In this document: positions 18,100 through 30,847 of the stretch, in pieces
Position numbering within the stretch: the first letter of the stretch is position 1
Layout of the letters: every line of letters starts with the position of its first letter
Source: Eledone cirrhosa
Taxonomy: Eukaryota
Length of the DNA stretch: 64,000 nt
Direction of reading: 5' to 3'
Assembly: GCA_964016885.1 (NCBI GenBank)
Contig: OZ024744.1
Location: forward strand, 59,582,001-59,646,000
Translations under genes and position numbers: made by a program
The notes under the pieces: generated by a model
Databases searched by the model: none
The model's input: only the letters and a program-made list of their open reading frames with translations
What the model was told of the DNA's origin: nothing

Positions 18100-19028
18100 G
18101 GTGTGGAATGCTTAAAGCATCCGTATGCGGTAGGCCGTTTGAGCACTCGGTGCTCTTACAGAGCAGTGTATAATATCACGTAAGAAACGGAGAATCAGTG
18201 GTGCGACGAATTAAAATTTATTACTGGACATTTGGAAACTCTGCTACCGAAGAATCGAGACGTATCAGAGGATCTTGCGATTTCAGAGTCAGGTTCGATC
18301 ATTGCATCGATCGTGCCTCAAGCTGGACGCCAGAGAAACGATTGTAATATGTCTAATTAATTTTAATTCGTCGCACCACTGATTCTCCGTTTCTTATGTG
18401 ATATATATATATATATATATAAGTCGCACCTCCATTTTACATACAAGATCTACAGTGTATTATATATTTTGAATCGGTCTTGTATGCCACATACCGTTTT
18501 TTTCACATACTTTCGTTGAAATCCTGTAACTTATATACGAATATACAAGATGTAATTTTCTTTTCTATGTAATATACAAGATGTAATGTTCTTTTCTAGG
18601 TAATATTCAAGATGTAAAGTTCTTTTCTATGTTTTTTTCTCCATTTTTTACATATACGTATGCCATTAGGAAAGGAGTTTCTGATATTTCGGACGAGAAA
18701 CCTTCTTCTGCAAGGGGAAGACAGAGAAAACTTCTTCATTCTTGTAACTTAATATTTTACAGCTAATCATAACATAGGTCTTTCTGATCACTTAGGGTTC
18801 CATCAAAGTGTTAAAGAATGGGCATTGTGAGAGAGATATCTATGACGAGAGAGAACTCAATATATGTTCGGTTGCAGAGTAGATAGAGGATTACGTCCAG
18901 CGAGGTCGAAGAATCACCAGATTACGAAATAGACATGTATGTATGTGTAGGTATATAATATATACACATATACATACACACACACACATACATACACACA
19001 CATATATATATATTTATACACAAACACA

Positions 19029-19095
<67 letters not shown>

Positions 19096-19492
19096 ATACA
19101 CATATATGTATATATAACCACACACACACATATATAAACATACATATATCAGTGATGTAACGAGGAGGAAGCTCAATTCAGTGGAGTCTAGTACAAAAGT
19201 CGGCCATTATATTTCTTACTTAACGGAAATCCTTATTTCTGTAGTTTAGTGAAAAGTAAACCTTTATACCTCATGTTTAACTTTTCTGGTGTTTTTGTTT
19301 ACGAGAAGGTAATGGTGGAAGAGAGAGAGAGAGAGAAAGAGAAAGAGAAAGAGAAAGAGAGAGAGATCAAAACAAAAAATACAAAGAAACAGAAACAAAG
19401 TAAAGATTAAAGAAAGTAAAAACAGATAGAAATAAAGAAACAGAGTTGTATAAATATGTATACGTAAACATCCGTACACACATTTCACGTTT

Positions 19493-19728
<236 letters not shown>

Positions 19729-21005
19729 CGTGCGTGTTACTGAAAGGCTACATAAGTCAGCGTGTAATCTGCATTTGCGCAAGCGATCATGATTCTGTGC
19801 CTGCGTGTGTGTCCGTGTGTCCGCGCGTATGTGTGTGTATGTATAAGCAAGTGTAAATTCTGCGTTCGCGCATGCGTGCCTGTCTGTGTGTCTGATCATA
19901 CGTGTATTTGTATGAATGCAAGCTAGTTTCATTTGGATGGGCTATCGGCGTTGGTGAAATGTACGTGTAGTACGTACTTATAACTGCAGTGAACCCAATC
20001 TAAAACTCCAAAGCATCAACATGATGACATGAATATACAGTTTATTTTTATTTTTATTTATTCGTATCGTTTCTCTATATATTATTTCTGGAAAGTCCAA
20101 CAGCTGGTGTGGCATCTTCTCGCACAATTTTCTTCGGTAACAAAAAAAAAAAAGAAGAAAAAATCTAAACTAATAATGAAGTTTAAGATCAACATCTAAT
20201 AATATATACTATTTGGAAGGTAGTGGAGCGGGGTAGATTGACATAAACTGTAGACCCTTTGCAGTGTTGTTTCATATTTCAAACGCTATCCCAGTTAAAC
20301 TTTTAGTAAAAAGTCACTAGAGCGTCGGATAAATATTTTTTTTGTGGCTTGGGGAGGGGGAATATCTGTTTCGAGTTCTCTTTACGAGTTCAAGTATTGC
20401 TAAAGTTAAACCTTGTCTTTTTACCTTAGGATGAATGAAACGACTGTGAATATAAATATGTTAAAAATATTTAAGTACATTTAATGAGCACAGTATATCG
20501 CTCGCAATGGGTGCACACACACACGCACACACGCGCGCGTGCAAACAATAACACGCAATCAACCACATATAAAAACACTCGCACACGCACACAAACATAC
20601 GCACACGTACGCATACATCCGAAACAGCATCCAAAATAATGTTTCATCCAATAGATATATAATAGACTCCACTCTCTAAGCAAACTACTATAACCATTGT
20701 CCTTGGACCAACATATAAGAGAGATTTGGGCATTCAGTCCGTACAGTTGTTACAGTTGTCTGTGACACGGAGAACTAAACTGTCGCCCGTGAATATATGA
20801 GGCATAACCTCTTCTTAACGTAGATTATTGATTGAAATTGTTGAATCGGGCGGAGCATTGAGTCATTGAGCATGTTCTTCCAGCCCTCTCAGATGGTAAA
20901 AAATTAGTTGAGACGAAGCTGGTGCCAAACTGTATCAGCCTTTGCCTTTCTCTCGACCAACACCGTATATAGTGTATAAATAGTATATTTACACACATGA
21001 ACGCG

Positions 21006-21100
<95 letters not shown>

Positions 21101-21329
21101 ACAGACAGAGAGTGTAAAAGACAGTTGTGCCGAGAATGGTGTCAAATTCTATCAGCCTGTGTATTTTTCATGTAGAGCATTGGTAGCATGGAAGATGGAG
21201 ACTGGAATACACGGGTGACAGTCTCCCACACAACACCTTGCCCAGACATATGCTGTGGAGAGGCACATTATGAATGTCATGTATTCTTTTCTCAATAATG
21301 ATGATGGCGGAAGCTATCCCACTCTGTGG

Positions 21330-21375
<46 letters not shown>

Positions 21376-21377
<2 letters not shown>

Positions 21378-21748
21378 GTGTGTATGATTGTGTATAGAAG
21401 AGATTATATTAATAAAAGGAATTCCAACTTTGTCTGATTTACTCGTTTTATTTACAATCCTTTAAAATTTATAATGGTATTAGAATGAAACAGTATGGTA
21501 GAATATTAAATGTGAAGTGTTAATTGAACAAGTACTTTCATGCTTTCGTAATCTTCAGGTTCATATTCAGTGGTGACAGTCAAGTTTGCATGAAAATTGC
21601 AAACTTGACTGTCACCACTGAATATGAAACACTGAATATGAACACTTAACATTTAATATTCTACCATACTATTTCATCATAATATCATTATAATTTTAAA
21701 GGATTGTAAATAAAACGAGTAAATCAGACAAAGTTGGAATTCCTTTTA

Positions 21749-21755
<7 letters not shown>
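21376..21755 (-). mobile_element. Fold-back PLE-derived cassette in (TA)n
   Basis: Long inverted arms centred near 21590, (TA)n flanks, hammerhead-like core; one-armed copy at 51338-51575. Confidence 0.7.
21525..21563 (-). ncRNA. Variant minimal hammerhead (weak stem II); second copy at 51484-51522
   Basis: tgaac CTGAAGA ttacgaaagcat GAAA gtac TT gttca. Confidence 0.5.
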
Positions 21756-21807
<52 letters not shown>

Positions 21808-21809
<2 letters not shown>

Positions 21810-22441
21810 TGTGGCTCACATCATATCTGAGTGTAAACATCTAACCCAGACTCATTATAAAGGGTGGGGCATGATATCAAAGGAAAGGTGATCCACTGGC
21901 ATTTATGCAAAGTGAATAATTTGCCTCATTCTGAGAAATGATATGAGCATAGGCCAGAGTCGGTGATAGAAAGTGACCGGGTGAAATTGTTGTTGTATTT
22001 CAGGAGACAAACAGACAAAGAATAGTCCCGCCCTGGTGGTTTTTGACAAGGATAAAAGATCTTGCTTGATTATAGATGTAGCTTGTCCCTTTGATACAAA
22101 AGTGCAAGAAAAGGAGAAAATTAACCGGTACCAGGATTTAAAGTGGGAATTAAAAAGGATTTAGGACTGTCATGAGGTCAAGGTCGTCCCAATTGTCATA
22201 GGAGCACTAGGTACTATCTCGAAGAGCTTCCAAGGCTGGTTAAAGAACATTGGCCCAGCTCCCTATTTTAGAACACTTCAAATAGCATGCCTACTGGGAA
22301 CAGCAAGGACTTTCCGATATGACCTGAATATCTGAAGCTGCAGGTAGCGGCTTGATGTTCTGTAGGGCTAATTTTCCGGTTAAATAACATAAATGACTAA
22401 GATAACAAATTCATAATAATAAGTTATTAATAATAATAATA
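21808..22441 (+). mobile_element. 5'-truncated R4/Dong-like RLE retrotransposon 3' fragment
   Basis: Degenerate frame reads ...IIDVACPFDTKVQEKEKINRYQDLKWELKRI*DCHEVKVVPIVIGALGTISK..., followed by a TAA-rich tail. Confidence 0.8.
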
Positions 22442-23477
22442 AAATCATCTGAATCTTAATGTAGAAATGTTATAGAAACCCTGTTTCTAACAGTGTTAGA
22501 TACAAACTGAAAAGAAGGAAACTACGTCATATGTGGTCTGCTATCTTGACTAAACCAAGAATTAAGATTAATCCCGAGGAAGGATATTATAATAATAATA
22601 ATCATAATGATAATAGTGATGATGATGATGATGATGATGATTTAATCATCTTTCAGCCTCCTTGAATTTTTAAAGACCTACCCCGCCTCCAACGCAGCCT
22701 CCTGGGAGCCACTGAAAGTAATCCTGTTCTGCCTTGCAATATTTCACTCGGAGGCCCTGTCTATAGTTTATTTTACTTGTCTCTTTTACCGGAGGCCAAC
22801 CAATGCACCCGTATCTCACCTCTAGTTACTCCTCTATTCTTACCCACCACTGCCACCCCTCTTAGCAGGTCATGCACCAAACACTTTATCAAGTAGTTCA
22901 GCCCCATCACCACACACACACACACCCACACACACACACCCACACACACCCACCCACACACCCACACACACACCCACACACACACACACAAATCCTCTGC
23001 AACATGGCTGTTCTCAGACACGTATTAGTTTCTCCCGCGCCATCTTTAATCATGCAAAATATTTCATACAATGTTGTGCTCCCATATTTAATGAGAGGAC
23101 AGAGACTGCATTGCTGGCTCGTCTCATAAGACATTTATCGGGCTACCACCTCGACACAACTACCACCACCACTACCACCACATCCGTTGCCGCCGCCACC
23201 GCCGTCTCGATGACGGTGACGACGACCACCACCATCTTCACCCCGACCACCAGTGCCACAACTATGATGATAATTAATGTTAAGCTGGTTATGGGGATGG
23301 TGGAGGTGATGATTTTTTGATGGTGGTAGTGTTAATGGTGTTGTTATTGATGTTATTGTTGAAGTAGTGGTGGTGGTGGTGCTAGTGTTAGTGCAGGTGG
23401 TGCTGGTGGTGGTAGTAGTAGTAGTAGTACTAGTGATGTGGTGGTGGTGCAGGTGATGGTAGTAGTAGCATTGGTGC

Positions 23478-23513
<36 letters not shown>

Positions 23514-23520
23514 TGGTAGA

Positions 23521-23551
<31 letters not shown>

Positions 23552-23719
23552 GAATGTCAACAAGCAGTAAGTATTAAATAGTAGTTGTAGTGTAGAATTA
23601 GGTCCACGAAAGAATGTAAGAAAAGTTCTTACTAGTCATATTTGGTTTGGTAAATATACCAATGATATGTGTTGCGTTTGGCAGCAAGTAAAAGAAAATG
23701 TATTGCTATTCAGATTATT

Positions 23720-23862
23720 AAGGGCGGTGGATTGGGAGAATCGTTAGAGCGTCAGACAAAATTCTTTACGGTATTTAATTACTGCTGCTCTTTATGTTCT
23801 GAGTTCAAATCTGGCTGAGGTCAGGTTTGTCTTTGATCCTTCCGGGATTTGATAAAATAAAA
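23720..23862 (+). mobile_element. tRNA-head SINE, partial
   Basis: agaatcgttagagcgtc ... gagttcaaatct ... gataaaataaaa. Confidence 0.7.
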
Positions 23863-23942
23863 TAGACTTTACTCTCTTTTCTCTGGTCATGATACTTCCA
23901 AAATAAGTACAATTCCCATATATACAAGTGTGTGTGTGTGTG

Positions 23943-23982
<40 letters not shown>

Positions 23983-24041
23983 TCTATCCCGGGTTCAATC
24001 GGGGGTAACCACAGTAAGTAAGGTACTCAATACATAGCAGA

Positions 24042-24103
<62 letters not shown>

Positions 24104-24129
24104 TGGTAACAACAGTTAGTTCACCATAC

Positions 24130-24167
24130 CGGGAACAATTGTTTCACCTTAACGGATCCTCAGCTCG
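24130..24167 (-). ncRNA. Inverted copy of the minimal hammerhead at 24224
   Basis: cgag CTGAGGA tccgttaaggt GAAA caattg TT cccg; one stem I mismatch. Confidence 0.55.
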
Positions 24168-24223
24168 GAATAGGAAGAACAACCGTACGGTTGTTCTTCC
24201 TATTCCTATAACCATGATCGGTA

Positions 24224-24261
24224 CGAGCTGAGGATCCGCTAAGGTGAAACAATTGTTCTCG
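24224..24261 (+). ncRNA. Minimal type I hammerhead ribozyme fold
   Basis: cgag CTGAGGA tccgctaaggt GAAA caattg TT ctcg; palindromic CAATTG in place of stem III. Confidence 0.7.
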
Positions 24262-24357
24262 GTATGGTGAACTAACTGTTGTGTTACCACTTCTACCTAA
24301 CTCGTCCCATGGACTGAATGTTCTACCACTACGGATATTACCTTCCAGTGTTCTACC

Positions 24358-24431
<74 letters not shown>

Positions 24432-24480
24432 TGTATGTATGTATGTATGTATGCATGCATTCATGTATGTATGTATGCAT

Positions 24481-25137
24481 GTCAGGTCACCAGTTGGTGC
24501 TACTAGTAACATGTATCCCAGTCCAACCTGTCTCATGGTCGGGTCGTTGGCGACTAAACTGGCAACCCCACCAAGGTTTCTTGGTGAGGAGGGTGACTTT
24601 GGACATCCTGCAGGACTAAAAACAAAACCTGTCAAAGGGCAAAGGAGCTCTTAAGAGTCAATGGCCATCCAAAATCACCGGGAGAGATGACCCCTTAGCC
24701 TTTGTCAAGGCAGAATTCTAGGAGAAGGAAAACTCTGATATAACACCTGCAACCCTGATGGTATCCAATGATGTTGACTTCTTTTTGGTAAATATCATCT
24801 TGGTTAAGAGAGTGGAACTGGCTTTGTGCAGTGCCTTTTCTCACTATAAAAGCTTCACGGCACAGGCATTGCTTTATATCTGGAGATCTCTCTACACTTG
24901 TCGTCACATGGTACCATGGGCCCAGCACTATGTGTCAATAATTGTCACAAGTGTAGTGTTTGTACCAGAGTTTTCAAGTCGCTGGCTGGACTAAAAAGTC
25001 ACCCGTTCAGCGCATCGGTAGGGGTTTTCCTACATGGAAATAAAGTAGTGGCCGTACTCGAAAACGAGTTGGCAGCCACCATGTATGTATGTATGTATGT
25101 ATGTATGTATGTATGTATGTATGTATGTATGTATGTA
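24481..25137 (+). mobile_element. Non-autonomous bipartite RTE-derived element in (TATG)n
   Basis: RTE 5'-type motif tctaggagaaggaaaactctga, zinc-finger remnant CSVCTRVFKSLAGLKSH, 3' hairpin ctcgaaaacgag and (ATGT)n tail; (TATG)n on both sides. Confidence 0.75.
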
Positions 25138-25189
25138 TTATGTATGTTCTTCTGGTTTTATAATTTCACAAAGTTTTCCCAATAAAGAG

Positions 25190-25531
25190 AGAGTCGGTTT
25201 CTAACATAGACACAAGACTCTCTCATTGGAATTTACACAACATCATCTAGGTAGATATGTATGTAGTCATGCATGTGTAGATATGGATGTTATTGTATGT
25301 GTGGATGTGTATGTTTTGAGTTGTATGTGTGCATGTGTATATGCTTTGTATCTGTACATGTGTATATGCAGTTATTAGATGAAAAGTTTTTGGAATGTTT
25401 TACATATTTTTACTGTTCCATTAATGGATTGTACTTGTAGTTTCCTAACTAGTTGTGTTCTTTCTATTCCTGTGAAGCCTAGCTTCTCAAGATTTGTATT
25501 GAGGCAGTTACTAACATATCCCAGTGCCCCA

Positions 25532-25533
<2 letters not shown>
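25190..25533 (-). mobile_element. 3' end of an RLE-type non-LTR retrotransposon
   Basis: Minus frame IGALGYVSNCL...INGTVKICKTF resembles the C-terminus of RLE elements (compare VIGALG in the other two copies). Confidence 0.55.
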
Positions 25534-25562
<29 letters not shown>

Positions 25563-25584
25563 TGTATGTATGTATGTATGTATG

Positions 25585-25907
25585 TGCGAGACTCTGCCTA
25601 AGCAAAGCTGGACTCGAAAGTCATCTTCGCAGTCATAAAGTGAGACCAGTGGTTGACTACCAGGCTGCTGTTGGAGATGCTACTCATCATGCTTGCCAAG
25701 CATGTGGTAGAGAATGTAAATCAGCAGGAGGGCTCAAACCTCATGCAAAAGTACATGAACTCCAACCACAGCCGGCTATTCCCAGTGAATGTTTTGGTTG
25801 CCAACTCTGTGCAAGACATTTTAGATCATTGGGTGGTCTAAAAAGCCACATTAGATCGCGGCGCTGTTAATTGCTATCGTGTGTGTATAGATATGTTTAT
25901 GTGTGTG

Positions 25908-25938
<31 letters not shown>

Positions 25939-26240
25939 GTATATTATTATTGTTGTTGTTGTCGTTATTATTATTGTTGTTATTATTATTATTGTTATTA
26001 ATATATATTTATACTCTTCCCTTCATTCTACACATCTCACACATCTTATACACACCACGCATCTCAACGTACACCCACTTACATCTCTCTCTCCACCACC
26101 GGACCTTGTTACCCGGAGATTTACCCATTTGCATTGTCGAGGCTTCCAAACGACTTAAATATATATATATATTTTTTTTCTCATGCAATGGCCATACTCG
26201 ATAACGAGGGGGCAGCCATCATCATGTATGTATGTATGTG
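25585..26240 (+). mobile_element. RTE-like LINE 3' end with tandem C2H2 zinc fingers, interrupted by another insert
   Basis: ORF segment RLCLSKAGLESHLRSH / CQACGRECKSAGGLKPHAKVH / CQLCARHFRSLGGLKSHIRS. The 3' motif tggccatactcgataacgagggggcagccatc + (ATGT)n is shared with the copies at 24481 and 48889. Confidence 0.7.
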
Positions 26241-26420
26241 TGTGTATATATATATATATGCATGCATGCATGCGTGCGTGCGTGTGCGTGTGCGTGTGTG
26301 TGTGATTAATCTTCCATCATGTAATTGCTTCAATTTCAACACAGATTCAAATCAAACCACTTCACTGTCATTGAAATATCCGTACCAATGCTAGAAAGAA
26401 TTATTATTATTATTAATATT

Positions 26421-26740
26421 ACGGTGGCTTGGCAGTATTGGTAAAGGGTTGGACTCCATGGTTTGCCGCATATAGTTACATCCCTTTACGGCCTGAGTTC
26501 AAATCCCGCAGAGGTTAGCTTTGCCTTTTATCCTTACGGGGTCAATAAAATAAAGTACCAGTAATGCACTGGAATAATTGCTGGCCTTGTGCCAAAAGTA
26601 GAAACAATTATAACTATTATAACGGAGGGCGGCGGATTAGCAGAATCGTTAGTGTGTCGGATTAAAAGCATCGCAATGTTTCTTTACTACCCTTTACGCT
26701 GGTTTCAAATCTCGCTACGCTCAACTTTGTCTTTCATCCC
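26421..26740 (+). mobile_element. Two tandem tRNA-head SINEs (one full, one partial)
   Basis: Same A/B boxes and body as the 9525 copy; a second head starts near 26626. Confidence 0.8.
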
Positions 26741-26949
26741 ATTATGTCACTGCCATATCACCATACGATCCACCCTACCATTTGGATATTTTCACAGCGC
26801 TTCTTCTACATGATTAAGATGTTTAGTCATTTATTTTTTACTGGCAAGAAATTATTAATGAAGTTAATTAATTTCAATTAATAATTTCTTACTAGTAAAA
26901 TATCCAAAGTGGTAGGGCAGATCGTATGGTGTTATGACCTATTGATGGT

Positions 26950-27930
26950 CAGCTTCTTACTGCTCCGGTGTCTCTGTACGAATGCCCAAGTATTTGTGTT
27001 CGGATAAATGGTGGTAAATCGAAACTATTCAAAGTGGGAGTCTGACTCCTCCGAGGGTGCGTACTGTCACCTCTCCTATTCATTATTTTCATGAACAGGA
27101 TTGACATGTTTAGCCGGTTGGAAATGGTATCAGGACTGGCAGGCGTAAAATAAGTCGGTTGGAATTTGCAGATGACATGGTTACTTAACTCGACAGAAGA
27201 TGGTCTCCGACTTGCACTTGATAGGTTTGGTGCCGAGTGCTGCATGACTGGAATGAAAATCAACGCAGCGAAAACTGAGACACTCGTCTTCTCAAGGAAG
27301 AGTTCCACAGAAGCAGATGGAGAAGTTCAAGTATCTTGGGGTCGTGTTCACGAGTGATGGAAGGCAGGAGGCTGAATTAAGTACAAGAACTACAGGAGCT
27401 GCTGCAGTAATGCGCTAGCTTCAGCATTCTGTAATCAAAAGGAGACAGATAGGTGTAAAAGCCAAACTTGTTATCTTCAATTCGGTATTCATGCCAACCG
27501 TTACCTATGGCCATGAATTTTGGGTAATGACCGAAAGAATACGATCGCGAATACAAGCGGCCAAAATAAGGTTCCTCAGAGGGGTCTTTAAGAGTAACGT
27601 TACTTAATAGAGGGCATAGCTCGGACATCAGAGTAATTCCAGGTAGAGCTGCTACTTCTCCGATCACAGCTCCAATACTATGGGCGTGTGGTTAGAATGT
27701 CTCAGGAAAGAATCGCTGGACAGATTTTACAGGCAAAACCAACCGGAAAAAGACGATGGGGTAGACCCTGAGCAAGATGGTTGGATAACATCCATGAGCT
27801 TGGCTAAACATGCTTAGCAATCCAGCCGGATCAGATGGAGACGGTTGCTTATGGAAGGACTGTTTGAGGACTCTGCGCCCAAGACCCTCCCAGGAAGAAG
27901 AAGGAGGAGCAGGAGAATGAGAAGAAGTAG
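26950..27930 (+). mobile_element. RTE-clade LINE, truncated RT and 3' region
   Basis: Frameshifted motifs GCVLSPLLFIIFM, FADDMV, FKYLG, LQYYGRV; GAA-rich tail. Confidence 0.85.
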
Positions 27931-28171
27931 AGCCCAATATTTGGCTATCTTGTGCAAATCTGCATTACAAGCAGCGACTAGCCTATAATTAATGTATCAA
28001 CCGCTCGTTGATTTCATGTTTGTATCAACGGTATAAAACTTGCGAGTAACGATATTTCAAAATATACCAGAACTGTGCATGAACGCGCGCTTGTGTCTGT
28101 GTGTAGAAATATATACTTTGTTCTATATCTGTACTGTGTATTTTTTGTTCATGTTAATCTTACTACACATC

Positions 28172-28230
<59 letters not shown>

Positions 28231-28752
28231 TGTGTTTGTGTGTGTGTACCCTTGTGCACGTGCGCACGCGGGTATATATTTAGAATCTTTCTTGTAACGT
28301 AATAACAGACAGAAGAGAAACAAAACAAAACAAAAACAATAGAATATGATTCTTAAGTAAGAAAAAAGTTATACCCCCCCCCCACTCCCGCCCAAAACGA
28401 AAGGAACAGAAAACACAGCAGAAAAGAAGAGAAACAATGTCAAATAGGGGTGTAGACGACAGGCACCCTCATACTGGTGTGGCTGGCTGGCTGGCTGGCT
28501 GACTGGTGATGTGAGCCTGCTGTCAGGGGCGGATTATATTTGTGTGGGGTTCCTCGCCCAGAATTTCATTAGGAGCCTTGTGTATTATTTATGGTAGCGA
28601 AAGCAACAACAAAATTTTAATTTGGGACCCTTTAAGCTAGGGGTTCTCAAACTTTTTGGGCCTCACTCCTCCCTCACGGCCATGTAATACCCTCAACGCC
28701 CCTACCACTTTTTCCAGAAAGCCCTGCCAACACGCAAATTGTAAATCATATA

Positions 28753-29442
28753 TCTATATAACTAAAACAGAGAATGTCTGTCTGTCTGTCTATCTGTCTG
28801 GCTGACTCCCTAAAACTCGAGAACCACCCAACCGATTTTTTCGCCACCGTGAAACGCGTCTGCTCTCTTCAAGAGACAAAATCGAAGAGAGTGTATTCAG
28901 CTACTGACGTCAGAACATGACGTCAGAACTAAGGGCAGTTAATCGACTGCCTCCAAAGTCAAAGCTAGGTGGCGTGATCTTCTACATATATATATATATA
29001 TAATTATATATTCGGGTACAGATATTTTTGCATACACAATAACAAAATATAAACAAACGTATTTATTTCATGAGGCTCGATAAGGATAAATATATATCAA
29101 ATATATAAGAACCCTGGAGCAAATATTGTTCTCATTGCTGACAAGGCAGAAGGGGATATACACGATTGGCTGAAGAAGGACGAGACTGTGTTAGTAGTAC
29201 GACCAACGGCCGCTATCACACCAACAGCAGCAAAAATAACAACAAAAAAGAGAGGGAACGCAATCGCATGCTTTTAAAAAATCTTAATGGAAAATGATTT
29301 GCCTATTCACCCGAGGCGACTTCACTTTTTATTAGGACTTCTGCATCAATTGATGAACATACGACGAAACTGTTTCAGAAAGGAGGGATAAACATGCCAA
29401 TCTATGTTTAGAATCCCGAGCAGCGCCGGGCCATTCTACTAG
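28753..29442 (+). mobile_element. Non-autonomous Helitron, same termini, different internal filler
   Basis: a|TCtatataactaaaacagagaatgtctg ... cccgagcagcgccggg ccattcta CTAG|t. Confidence 0.8.
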
Positions 29443-29658
29443 TAAATACTAAAAGCAAAACCTTAATAAATACTAGCCAAGTCGTAGAAATTCCATGATT
29501 TAATTAGAAACAACAAGCAAGTATCACATTTTAAATGCTTTATTTATATGTTATATTTATTTATATGTTATATTTGCTCTACGGTTCTTATATATTTTAT
29601 ATATATATTTATCCTTATCGAGCCCTCTTTGGATTTTAGTCTCCAAATTTATTATTAT

Positions 29659-29711
<53 letters not shown>

Positions 29712-30488
29712 GCACAACAAAATAAATCGAGCAAATTTAGCAAATGACTAAAACTACTAAAATATTCCACTCATTTATAATCTCAGGATAAACAACGAAC
29801 GCCCCCCCCCCTTCCCAAATTTATGCAACCCCGTTATCACATATAAAATAATTTCAACTTCCAGGTTGGCAAACTGATTGATAAACCTAGTTTTCAAATT
29901 TCTGGTTCTGACAACACTAATAAAATTACTGAGCCGGTATTTTACACTACACAATCTACACTCCCCCAAGCCAAATCATTATAAGACCATATTACCCCCT
30001 GTCTCTCTACTTTAGATATTTCCACAACACTGCTACACATCAAATATATTTTATGGTTTATTTAATGGTTACAGGAAATTATAAATTTAAGTTAATTATA
30101 TAAATTTATATAAAACTGTGTTCTTTTCAGTAATATGTCTCTCTGATATATGTGTCTTGGGTGGCTTGATAGTTGGCCTAAAGGAAGTGCCTGCCCTCTA
30201 AAATCCACAAATAGGTAAAAATGGCTGGCTAAGATAGTGGCGAAGGAAAAATAGATAAAAACAGTATTAGGGTATTGACTAGCGATAAGCTTTTCGACAA
30301 GAACGAAAGAAAACTCTGGAAATGTTTTGCTCTTATGAGATTACCACAGCGAAGCGTAGAACGAACAGAATGAACAATCATTTGACGATAAAATACTCCG
30401 AATAAGGATGATAAGCGGATGTAATATGATCGAACACCATCTCGCCTTTGATGAATGTAACGCAGCAATGATTATACTTGTGTAATAG

Positions 30489-30696
30489 CGATTTCTATCA
30501 TTAGCACAAGGTCAGCAACTTTTGAGGAGGAGAAAGTCAATTAAATCGACCCTGTGCGTTACTGGTGCTTTATTTATCGACCCTGTAAGGATGAAAGCTA
30601 AAGCTAACCACGGCGGGATTTGAATGCAGAACATAATGGACAGTAACTCTATGCTGCAAATATGTTATCCGACGCTCTACCGTTACTGCCAATCCA
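30489..30696 (-). mobile_element. tRNA-head SINE (short family)
   Basis: ttatttatcgaccctgtaaggatgaaag...ggcgggatttgaa...ctgccaatcc. Confidence 0.8.
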
Positions 30697-30784
30697 GCTC
30701 AAGAAAATACGACGTGAACAAATCAGTATGCGAGTTATCCACTAGTACGACTAGTGGATAACTTGGATACTGATTTGAATACAG

Positions 30785-30847
<63 letters not shown>

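Noticed and set aside
18540-18632. Three ~30-bp direct repeats as a CRISPR-like array
   Set aside because: No spacers; a simple minisatellite in eukaryotic DNA.
28638-28660. taggggttctcaaact resembling a hAT-type TIR
   Set aside because: No matching opposite end or target-site duplication was found.
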